This document shows, piece after piece, positions 1-8,003 of a stretch of DNA of 32,000 nt. Origin of the DNA: Caedimonas varicaedens (GTDB lineage Bacteria > Pseudomonadota > Alphaproteobacteria > Caedimonadales > Caedimonadaceae); the NCBI GenBank assembly GCA_001192655.1, contig BBVC01000074.1, forward strand, positions 1 to 32,000, in the 5' to 3' direction. Below the pieces are notes generated by a model that had not been told where the DNA came from, searched no databases, and saw only the letters and a list, made by a program, of their open reading frames with translations. Position numbers and translations under genes: made by a program. Numbering within the stretch: the stretch's first letter is position 1; every line of letters starts with the position of its first letter.

Positions 1-41
1 ACAGATAAAACACGAAGTCTAAAATCTAATGAATAGGTCAT
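1..41 (-). CDS. 5' end of a leftward gene leaving the window; the N-terminus resembles an IS630/Tc1-type transposase (very tentative)
   Basis: ATG at 41..39 is preceded by AGAGGA (54..49) with a 7-nt spacer. The translation MTYSLDFRLRVLS stays open to the window edge. The Y-S-x-D-x-R-x-R-V pattern recalls IS630-family transposase N-termini. Only 13 codons are visible. Confidence 0.25.
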   Translation of the reverse strand, partial: MTYSLDFRLRVLS

Positions 42-147
42 GGAATAATCCTCTTAAAAATTATCCATAATATAACCATTTTAAAGGTTTTTAGCTATAT
101 ATGGCGAATTATAGATACGAAAATATCATAACTGACATTTTTATAAT

Positions 148-181
148 AAAAAATCCCAGTTAGTTTAACCGGGATTTTTTT
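148..181. terminator. Putative bidirectional intrinsic terminator hairpin
   Basis: AAAAAATCCC (148..157) pairs with GGGATTTTTT (171..180). It has an A-run on one side and a T-run on the other, so it reads as hairpin plus U-tract on both strands. The GC core is only 3-4 bp, so it is weak. It lies between the amidase 3' end and the leftward edge gene. Confidence 0.35.
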
Positions 182-389
182 GCAGGAAGGCTAGATCAAT
201 AATTTGATTTTCTGGGTTTCAAAAATATTTTCAGACTTTCATTACCCATAATTGCCAATTTAAACATAATTTTATAAATTGATAATATTTAGGACATAAT
301 CGTATTATGTATTACCATTATACATGAGGTCAGACTTGGGTTGCAACATTTTACATTCCAAAAAAGATGGTATGCAATTAATGCATCTT

Positions 390-1136
390 CTATTTGTGAA
401 TAATGCCGCGGGAATTTTCACTGTACGATTGTAAAATCTCCAATCTTCGCAAAAATTCAGAATCTGCCTCCCTTCCCAAAGACTCCGGGTAAAAGTGCAT
501 CAGAAAAGCCTGGATAACAGCCTGTGTCCCTGTGTCCAAAATGCCTGTCAAAGGTGTATCATAACCATACTGTGCCAACAGGTGCTGAATTCTTCCAACA
601 TCAATTCCCGTGCTGTTCCCTTTTATTTCTTGCCCTATGTCAGGGTAAATTCCTACCCCCTGACAGGCCAGCCATCTCCAGTTAAAAAGAGGGCCTGGAT
701 CTATCTTACGACCCGGAGCAATATCAGAGTGACCTAAAACATGGCAAGAAGGAATTCGATGGCGAGCGATAATTTCTTTTGAAAGATGCGCGATACTCTC
801 CATTTGAGCTGATGGAAAAGGGCGATACTCCGTCCCCTGCCCCAGATTAACAATTTCAATACCGATAGATCGACTGTTTATATCTGTAAGCCCCCTCCAA
901 GCGCTTTTACCCGCATGCCATGCACGATGCTGTTCATCTACAAGTCGATAAACTTCCCCATTTTCATCAACAAGATAATGAGCACTGACAGGATGAGCTG
1001 TTTCAGGATCAGTAAGAACTTTAAGAGACGTTTTAAGATCACAAGCTGTGTAGTGCATGATGAGAAATTCAAGGGACGTATTCAAAGAACGCTCACCATA
1101 ATTAGGAGATTTAATATGCGTGTGAACCTTATACAT
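390..1136 (-). CDS. N-acetylmuramoyl-L-alanine amidase (Amidase_2, AmpD/AmiD-like) with a C-terminal peptidoglycan-binding-like segment
   Basis: Motifs HYTA, AWHAG and GHSDIAPGRKIDPG. The C-terminal IQHLLAQYGYDTPLTGILDTGTQAVIQAF looks like PG_binding_1. The ATG overlaps the dnaE stop by 8 nt (GATGTATAA). Confidence 0.85.
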   Translation of the reverse strand: MYKVHTHIKSPNYGERSLNTSLEFLIMHYTACDLKTSLKVLTDPETAHPVSAHYLVDENGEVYRLVDEQHRAWHAGKSAWRGLTDINSRSIGIEIVNLGQGTEYRPFPSAQMESIAHLSKEIIARHRIPSCHVLGHSDIAPGRKIDPGPLFNWRWLACQGVGIYPDIGQEIKGNSTGIDVGRIQHLLAQYGYDTPLTGILDTGTQAVIQAFLMHFYPESLGREADSEFLRRLEILQSYSENSRGIIHK

Positions 1137-4100
1137 CTTTCAGGCTTTCAATACCTGGAATCAAGCCAAGAGACTCACGTATTGCCGGCGTCACATTGAA
1201 ACAGCGAGGAAGCTTTAAAGTCACCTTGCGTCCTTTTGGTTTCATTACAATTTTAATAGATGAATTTCCTTTTTCAATGCCTTCCAGTATTGCTTTCAAA
1301 TGTTCGAAAGCTTCATGACCTGTTAAATGAATTTCCAGACAAGCAGGATGCCGACCCAAAGCGCTGTTAAGTTCTTCCATCCCATTAACCGTCAAACGCA
1401 AACTATCGCCGTCCAGACGCGCCGAAACCTTCATCAGCATCGTCGCACCAGCTTCCAGACGTTCGCGGTATTGCGTATAAACTTCTGAAAAAATAGTGAC
1501 TTCAAAAATGCCTGAAGAATCAGAAAATGTGATGAAGGCAAAACGGGAGCCATTCTTGCTAAAGCGCTCTTTTTTGTTGATCATAACGCCGGCCATGGTG
1601 ACAGAAACAGTTTCCTGGCGTACGCACATTTCTTGTAGAACTGAGGAAGAGGTTAAGTGAAGTCGGTCCAAAGCAGCACCATAGGTGTCCAACGGATGTG
1701 CTGAAAGATAGAACCCCACAGCTTCTAGTTCATTTTGCAAACTTTTGAGACCTGACCACGCCGCAACAGAAGGGAATTTAATGACGGGAAGTTCGTCGAT
1801 ATCTCCAGAACCAAAGAGATTGTTTTGTTGACTGGCGTTTTGCACACTTTTTTCGCCCACATACTTCAGAATAATATCAACGGATTCAAATAATTGGGCG
1901 CGATGAGGATGAAGCTGATCAAAAGCGCCTGCACAAATGAGATTTTCCAACATGCGCTTATTAACAATTTTACTGTCAAGACGGCGTGCAAAATCAATCA
2001 GATCTCTGAAAGCCCCCTCCCGTTCCCTTTCCCGAACCAGATCTTTCATGCCTGCTTCACCTACGTTTTTAACAGCAGCCAGGGCATAACGAATACAAGC
2101 CTTGCCGTCCGCGGTTTTTTCTACCCGAAAATCAGGAAAAGAATGATTGATGTCAGGAGGAAGAAGCGGAATGTTCAATCGCACAAGCTCTTCACGATAC
2201 AGGTTCAATTTATCCGTATTGTTCATATCATACGTCATGGTTGCGGCCATAAATTCAACAGGATAATTCGCTTTCAAATAAGCCGTTTGGTAAATAATAA
2301 GCGCATACGGACCCGCATGACACTTGTTAAACCCATAACCTGCAAACTTGGCCATCTGATCAAAAAGTTGCGAAGCAAGTGCTTTTTTCACTCCTTTTTT
2401 TTCAGCCCCCTCCACAAAAATTTGACGTTGGGCATCCATCTCGCCTTTAATTTTCTTTCCCATAGCACGCCGTAGAAGATCCGCTGCGCCAAGCGTATAT
2501 CCGCCCATAACCTGAGCAATTTGCATAACTTGTTCCTGGTAGACCATCACACCATACGTCTCTTTAAGAGTGTTTTCAAGCAGGGGATGACCATAATTGA
2601 CAGGCTCTTGCCCATGCTTACAGGCAAGATAACGGGGGATATCATCCATGGGGCCGGGTCTGTAAAGGGCAACAAGAGCAATCAGTTCCTCAAATCGATA
2701 CGGCTGCATACGACGCAAAACATCGCGCATCCCCGCTCCTTCTACCTGAAAAATCCCCACTGTTTCAACACGCTGAAGCATTTCAAACGTCTTTGCATCA
2801 TCAAGAGGAATCGTTGAAATATCAATTTCAATATTTCCTGGCTTCAATAGATCCAGTGTTTTTTGAATGATTGTGAGTGTCTTTAACCCTAAAAAGTCCA
2901 ATTTCACCAGCCCGACTGTTTCAACGTCTTTCATATTGAATTGGGTGGCGGGAAGCTGGCTTTTTCCGTCATGGTAAAGAGGAACAAGCTCATCCAGGCA
3001 ACGGTCTCCGATCACGATGCCTGCAGCATGGGTAGAAACGTGACGATAAAGCCCCTCCAGTTTCATGGCAATGTCTAAAAGTTGCTGCACAGTGGTATCT
3101 TCACGCGCTAATTGCTGAAATTGGGGATCCTGTTTGAAAGCTTCATTGAGCGTCACAGGACTGGCTGGATTATTGGGGATCATTTTTGAAAGCCGATCTA
3201 CTTGGCCATAAGGCATCCCCAGCACTCGCCCCACATCACGCAAAACGGCTCGCGCCTGCAGTTTTCCAAAGGTACTGATTTGAGCTACGCGGTCATGCCC
3301 ATATTTATCACGAACGTAGGCAATTACTTCATCCCGACGTTCCTGACAAAAATCAATATCAAAGTCAGGCATGGAAATACGTTCAGGATTTAGAAAACGC
3401 TCAAAGGGCAATCCAAAATAGATCGGATCAATATCCGTGATTGTCAATACCCAGGCCACCAGAGAACCAGCGCCAGAACCTCGTCCCGGGCCTACAGGAA
3501 TATGATGATTCCTTGCCCATTTAACGAAATCTGAGACAATCAGATAATATCCTGCATAACCCATGCGCGAGATCGTCTCAATCTCCTGTCCGAGCCTCTC
3601 TGAATAGCGGCGTTGATATTGTTCTCTTTCTTCCGTCATCATGGATTCTCTAAAAACCTGAGACTTCAGGCGTTGCTCCAGACCTTTATGGGCTTGAAAC
3701 GCAAGCTCATCAGGCTCTTTGCGATCAGTAGGAAAAAGGGGAAGCATGGGTTTGCAAGGTTCAACCATAAAACCACAGCGTTCTGCAATGACAAGCGTAT
3801 TTTCTATGGCTTCCGGCAAATCCTGAAAAATCTCTCTCATTTCTCGAGGAGAACGAAGACGATGACGCGGCGTGACGCGACGTCGATCCTGTTTACTGAC
3901 ATAAGACCCCGTTGCAACGCAAAGCAGAGCGTCGTGGGCTTCATACATTGATTCGTCTATAAAAAAAGCTTCATTGGTCGCCACAAGAGGCAGATGAAGA
4001 TCGTACGCCAGCTGAATCAGAAGCCCTTCAATATCACTTTCCCGTTGATCATCCCATCCATGACGCGTCACTTCGATATAAAAACGATTCTGAAAAATAT

Positions 4101-4608
4101 TCCCTAGATTCTGGAAAAGATCCGAGGCAGACTGCTTTTGTCCTTGAAGCAGAAGTTTCGCTCCCCCCCCGTCCAATCCCCCTGAAAGGGCAATTAACCC
4201 TTCATGATATTCTGTTAACCATTCGAAAGAAATATGAGGATCATGGGGGTATTGCAGGTACGACTGACTGACAAGCTTCATCAAATTTTGATAGCCTCGC
4301 GTATTTTGCGCCAAGAGAACAAGCTGGTCACAGTGCGGCGGAACGCCAGGAAGGCGCAACTCCTGATGACGCGGATCACTTGCTCTCAGGCTTGTGCGAA
4401 GCTGACATCCAATAATAGGTTGAATGCCTTCAGAGGCTGCCGCCTTAGAAAATTCCAGCGCACCAAAAAGATTTCCTGTATCTGTCAATGCAACAGCAGG
4501 CATACGCTCTTGCCGGCAACGCGCAATCAGATCAGGGATCTTGATGGCACCTTCAGCAAGAGAATAGGCAGAATGAACGCGCAAATGAACAAAATCAGCG
4601 TGACTCAC
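1129..4608 (-). CDS. dnaE: DNA polymerase III alpha subunit
   Basis: 1159 aa. PHP N-terminus FVHLRVHSAYSLAEGA, then GRGSGAGSLVAWVLTITDIDP and PDFDIDF core motifs, and a C-terminal OB-like region. Confidence 0.97.
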   Translation of the reverse strand: MSHADFVHLRVHSAYSLAEGAIKIPDLIARCRQERMPAVALTDTGNLFGALEFSKAAASEGIQPIIGCQLRTSLRASDPRHQELRLPGVPPHCDQLVLLAQNTRGYQNLMKLVSQSYLQYPHDPHISFEWLTEYHEGLIALSGGLDGGGAKLLLQGQKQSASDLFQNLGNIFQNRFYIEVTRHGWDDQRESDIEGLLIQLAYDLHLPLVATNEAFFIDESMYEAHDALLCVATGSYVSKQDRRRVTPRHRLRSPREMREIFQDLPEAIENTLVIAERCGFMVEPCKPMLPLFPTDRKEPDELAFQAHKGLEQRLKSQVFRESMMTEEREQYQRRYSERLGQEIETISRMGYAGYYLIVSDFVKWARNHHIPVGPGRGSGAGSLVAWVLTITDIDPIYFGLPFERFLNPERISMPDFDIDFCQERRDEVIAYVRDKYGHDRVAQISTFGKLQARAVLRDVGRVLGMPYGQVDRLSKMIPNNPASPVTLNEAFKQDPQFQQLAREDTTVQQLLDIAMKLEGLYRHVSTHAAGIVIGDRCLDELVPLYHDGKSQLPATQFNMKDVETVGLVKLDFLGLKTLTIIQKTLDLLKPGNIEIDISTIPLDDAKTFEMLQRVETVGIFQVEGAGMRDVLRRMQPYRFEELIALVALYRPGPMDDIPRYLACKHGQEPVNYGHPLLENTLKETYGVMVYQEQVMQIAQVMGGYTLGAADLLRRAMGKKIKGEMDAQRQIFVEGAEKKGVKKALASQLFDQMAKFAGYGFNKCHAGPYALIIYQTAYLKANYPVEFMAATMTYDMNNTDKLNLYREELVRLNIPLLPPDINHSFPDFRVEKTADGKACIRYALAAVKNVGEAGMKDLVREREREGAFRDLIDFARRLDSKIVNKRMLENLICAGAFDQLHPHRAQLFESVDIILKYVGEKSVQNASQQNNLFGSGDIDELPVIKFPSVAAWSGLKSLQNELEAVGFYLSAHPLDTYGAALDRLHLTSSSVLQEMCVRQETVSVTMAGVMINKKERFSKNGSRFAFITFSDSSGIFEVTIFSEVYTQYRERLEAGATMLMKVSARLDGDSLRLTVNGMEELNSALGRHPACLEIHLTGHEAFEHLKAILEGIEKGNSSIKIVMKPKGRKVTLKLPRCFNVTPAIRESLGLIPGIESLKDV

Positions 4609-4822
4609 AAAAAAACCTCAGAAAATGGAACAGGGTATCTATTTCTTTATAGTCTCTTTCCCAAACAAATTTCAAGGAAACGATAGAGAGATGAAAAAGT
4701 CTCTGTATCTTCAATATCTCGCATAAATCAGAAAAAACTTGTATTGTTTCAAGAAATATGGTCTTTTATTTTCTTTAAAATGAGTCAGAATAAAACATTA
4801 ACGTCGTTTAAGAGAGTCCAGT

Positions 4823-5296
4823 ATGCAGCGAATTCCCATGACTGCGGGGGGTTTTTCCCGCCTGCAAGAAGAATTGAAACACTTAAAAACAGTTGAGAGA
4901 ATTGCTGTCATCAAGGCAATCTCTGAAGCTCGAGCTTTGGGTGACCTTTCAGAAAATGCAGAATATCATGCCGCGCGCGAGCGCCAGGGTTTTATTGAAG
5001 GACGCATTGCTGAACTGGAGGCAAAATTATCCCTAGCAGAAGTGATCGATGTTGCAAAGCTAAAGGGGGACATTGTCCGATTTGGAGCATCAGTCAAATT
5101 GATTGATGAAGAGACAGAGGAAGAAAGCATTTACCAAATTGTTGGTGTAGATGAGTCTGACATCAAGAAAGGTTTTTTATCAATTTCTGCCCCCCTTGCG
5201 CGCAGTCTCATTGGCAAGAAAACGGGAGATTCCGTGGAAGTCCATACCCCAGGGGGTTCCAAAACATATGAAATTATTTCAGTGGAGTTTGTCTAG
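4823..5296 (+). CDS. greA: Transcription elongation factor GreA
   Basis: 157 aa. Coiled-coil N-terminus with the acidic tip GDLSENAEYHAARERQ, and a C-terminal GreA/B domain. Confidence 0.95.
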   Translation: MQRIPMTAGGFSRLQEELKHLKTVERIAVIKAISEARALGDLSENAEYHAARERQGFIEGRIAELEAKLSLAEVIDVAKLKGDIVRFGASVKLIDEETEEESIYQIVGVDESDIKKGFLSISAPLARSLIGKKTGDSVEVHTPGGSKTYEIISVEFV

Positions 5297-5307
5297 GATA
5301 AGGAATA

Positions 5308-6267
5308 ATGACCAGGAAAACGTGCTGGGTCGTCTGCGATGATGGGAAAGTGGGAACGGAACATCAGTGCGTTGGTCTGGCAGAAAACCTTGGATTTAAT
5401 CCTGAAATCAAAAGATTGCAATCCAGGGGGCTGTGGCATTATTTACCGCCGTCTCTTTGGTTTAACCCCCTCTCAGGAGCCAGCACTCCAAGTGGGTTCC
5501 TGACACATCCCTGGCCCGATCTGATCATCGCTGCCGGTCGCCTCAGTGTCGCCCCTACCGCTTATATCCGCAAAATAACGCAGGGTCGAACCAAAGTTAT
5601 CCAGCTTCAAAATCCTCGCATCAATCCAGCGTTATTTGATGCCGTGATTGCTCCCTGGCATGATCATCTCACAGGAAGTAACATTCTCCAAACAGAGGGA
5701 GCACTTCACCGTGTAACGGCCGATCGCCTGGCATCAGAAGCAAACCTTGTCGCGCCGCTAATCGTTCATTTACCCAAACCCCTCATAACTGTTCTGGTGG
5801 GGGGAAGCAATCGTTGCTATCGTATGACACCGGATAAAGTTCGTGTGATGGCACAAAGACTAAAGAACCTTGCAGCACACTATGGAGCAGGACTTGCTAT
5901 CACAGTCTCTCGACGCACAGAGCCGGAGAACAGAAAAATCTTGCAGGAAGAACTGAAAGAAACGCAGGCTGTTGTCTGGACAGGGGAAGGTCATAACCCC
6001 TACTTTGGATTGCTGGCACTCGCCGATTACATTATCGTGACAGGCGATTCTGTTTCAATGATATCTGAAGCCTGTTTTACAGGGAAGCCTGTTTATACCT
6101 ACTTTTTTCCCGGTGGCTCCCGTAAATTTAATGCCTTTCATCGTCATTTCCAAGAACGGAAGTATACAAGGCCTTTTGAGGATTCACTTGAATCTTGGTC
6201 TTACCCTCCTCTCGATGAGTTTGGCAGAATCACAACTCAGCTTCGTACTCTTTTATCTTCTGAATAG
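5308..6267 (+). CDS. ELM1/DUF1022 family protein (mitochondrial fission ELM1-like, glycosyltransferase-like fold)
   Basis: 319 aa. The N-terminus WVVCDDGKVGTEHQCVGLAENLG and the GDSVSMISEA segment match my memory of the alphaproteobacterial DUF1022 pattern. AAGGA SD lies upstream. It starts 11 nt after the greA stop. Confidence 0.7.
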   Translation: MTRKTCWVVCDDGKVGTEHQCVGLAENLGFNPEIKRLQSRGLWHYLPPSLWFNPLSGASTPSGFLTHPWPDLIIAAGRLSVAPTAYIRKITQGRTKVIQLQNPRINPALFDAVIAPWHDHLTGSNILQTEGALHRVTADRLASEANLVAPLIVHLPKPLITVLVGGSNRCYRMTPDKVRVMAQRLKNLAAHYGAGLAITVSRRTEPENRKILQEELKETQAVVWTGEGHNPYFGLLALADYIIVTGDSVSMISEACFTGKPVYTYFFPGGSRKFNAFHRHFQERKYTRPFEDSLESWSYPPLDEFGRITTQLRTLLSSE

Positions 6268-6271
6268 AATC

Positions 6272-7642
6272 ATGAAAGAAAACCATAACATTTCTTCAGA
6301 AAAACAAAAAATTGTTATCATCGGAGCAGGGCTGGCAGGATTGACAACAGCCTATCGTCTTTTCGAAAAAGGGTATGATATTGAAATCTATGAAGCGCGA
6401 CCGCGCGTGGGAGGACGTGTCCATAGTGTCTTTATCAAAAGTCTCGAAGGAGAGGACTCGATCGGAGAGTTAGGAGGACACGATATCTCGGATGGCGGGA
6501 AAGCACACCATATACTCTCTCTAATTCGAGAGTTTGATCTTGAGATAAGGGAAGATATTACTAAACTTTCACATATTTTTTATGAAGATCAGAAAATCCA
6601 TACTCCCCATATACTTTTGCAACAACAGGATTTTGCTCCACAGAAGTTAGAAGAGTTCTTTTATCATCTGAAAACTTCCGTTCATTCTATCCAGGATATA
6701 CTCGATATACTCTTCAAAAAAGATTCTATCTTAAAGCGTTATTTTTCCATACGTATTTCACTTTATGAAGGTTCCGATCCCTCTTTGCTCGCCGTTTATC
6801 ATAATAAAGACACGCTCAAGCATCTCTTGCAGCGAGGCCTTCCCCCTGCCCATCCAAAGTCGATTATTCACCGCCTTGTGATTAAAGAAGGCAATGCCCA
6901 GCTCCCTTTGAAAATGGCCAAAAAAATTTCTCACAGGCTCCACCTTGAAAAAACTCTAAAGAAGGTAAGAATAAACAGTTCTCATCAAATAGAAGTCTCA
7001 TTTCAGGATAATAAATCCATTTTTTGTGACAAGCTCATTCTTGCAATTCCCTGTTCGGTCTATAAAAATATTATTTTTGATGAAGTCGCTCTACCTGCCG
7101 CAAGACTTGCTTCTATAAAAGAAGTCCAATATGGAACCAATGCTAAAATATTGGCGCCTGTGAAACGTTTGAATTCACCCTATAATGCTGTTTTCACTAA
7201 CAAAATGGTGGGATTTTTCAGTAACGAGGACAAGCTTTTAAATATGTATTTTGGAGGACAGGCAGCTGCAACGCTTTCAAAAAACACCCTGGATTTATTT
7301 CAGGAAACACGGATTGATATGAAAGCTGGTTTTAAAAATATCCTCTTGAATGAAGAAGAACCCATTTCAGCAAAAGACGAACAATTAACACGCTATATCC
7401 AACCTGTTGCCAAATCATGGACGGAAGATCCCTATTCACAAGGATCTTATTCCAATTATGGCGTAAAACTTGGAGAAAGATTTTCTGAGGAAACAGACTA
7501 CCACGGTATAAAATTTAAAAAGATTTTTGAACCGATCGCCAACAGAATTTTTTTCGCAGGGGAACATGCCACTCTTCTTGATGAGATTGGCACCATGGAA
7601 GCAGCGGTTGAATCAGGCGAGCGCCTTGCTCTGCTTTTTTAA
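6272..7642 (+). CDS. Flavin-containing amine oxidase family oxidoreductase (substrate unknown)
   Basis: I moved the start to ATG 6272 (MKENH...) because the 53 upstream codons of the track ORF overlap the ELM1-like gene. FAD Rossmann motif IVIIGAGLAGLTTAYRL followed by IYEARPRVGGR. C-terminal FFAGEHAT signature. It starts 4 nt after the ELM1-like stop. Confidence 0.8.
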   Translation: MKENHNISSEKQKIVIIGAGLAGLTTAYRLFEKGYDIEIYEARPRVGGRVHSVFIKSLEGEDSIGELGGHDISDGGKAHHILSLIREFDLEIREDITKLSHIFYEDQKIHTPHILLQQQDFAPQKLEEFFYHLKTSVHSIQDILDILFKKDSILKRYFSIRISLYEGSDPSLLAVYHNKDTLKHLLQRGLPPAHPKSIIHRLVIKEGNAQLPLKMAKKISHRLHLEKTLKKVRINSSHQIEVSFQDNKSIFCDKLILAIPCSVYKNIIFDEVALPAARLASIKEVQYGTNAKILAPVKRLNSPYNAVFTNKMVGFFSNEDKLLNMYFGGQAAATLSKNTLDLFQETRIDMKAGFKNILLNEEEPISAKDEQLTRYIQPVAKSWTEDPYSQGSYSNYGVKLGERFSEETDYHGIKFKKIFEPIANRIFFAGEHATLLDEIGTMEAAVESGERLALLF

Positions 7643-7834
7643 TCAAAAAATCAAAGGGCTTGCTTAACCTTTGTGGACCAAACAAATACATGATGCCCGG
7701 AAAATACTTCACGTTTTTTCACTTAACCCCTTGTGAGAGAGAATGAGTAAACAGCTGAATCAAGATATTCATTAACTCAGATAAAACTCTTTCGGCTGAC
7801 AAATCCTGCTTTCTATAAAATTGTTACTCTGTTA

Positions 7835-7960
7835 ATGGACGAAAACGCAGATTACATGAGGCTGGCAAGTTGTGGGAAAAACCATGTTATCATTGAAGCA
7901 GAGCTAGCAGAATTGATAACAGCCTATCGTCTCCGGTATTTCCCTTTCAAAAAGGGATGA
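7835..7960 (+). pseudogene. Decayed duplicate of the amine-oxidase 5' end (41-codon relic)
   Basis: Positions 7885..7932 align without gaps to 6313..6360 of the intact gene with 42/48 identity. All 6 differences are G-to-A or C-to-T in the relic. The relic reads MDENADYMRLASCGKNHVIIEAELAELITAYRLRYFPFKKG*, against MKENHNISSEKQKIVIIGAGLAGLTTAYRLFEKGYD in the intact gene. GAGLAG has become EAELAE. Confidence 0.8.
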
Positions 7961-8003
7961 GAAATGATAGTCTGAGTAATAAAAATAATAAATGACATCA
8001 TAA

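Noticed and set aside
1894-2475. 193-aa plus-strand ORF inside dnaE. Other long antisense or alternative-frame ORFs are similar: 22590..23171 in yidC, 9789..10247 in the helicase, 19611..19922 and 19889..20179 in the methyltransferase, 29609..29980 in gdh, and 12241..12507 in the NDUFS4-like gene.
   Set aside because: All of them lie entirely within strongly supported genes. Their translations are low-complexity (K/R/I/F/N/S-rich) with no recognisable motifs or SD. They are shadow ORFs.
6113-6271. N-terminal extensions of track ORFs: 6113..6271 (oxidase), 21810..21869 (yidD), 27662..27691 (murJ), 29276..29365 (murJ paralog) and 24453..24476 (IalB-like).
   Set aside because: The extensions overlap upstream genes or have no counterpart in the protein family. 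Internal starts give N-termini that match the family consensus.
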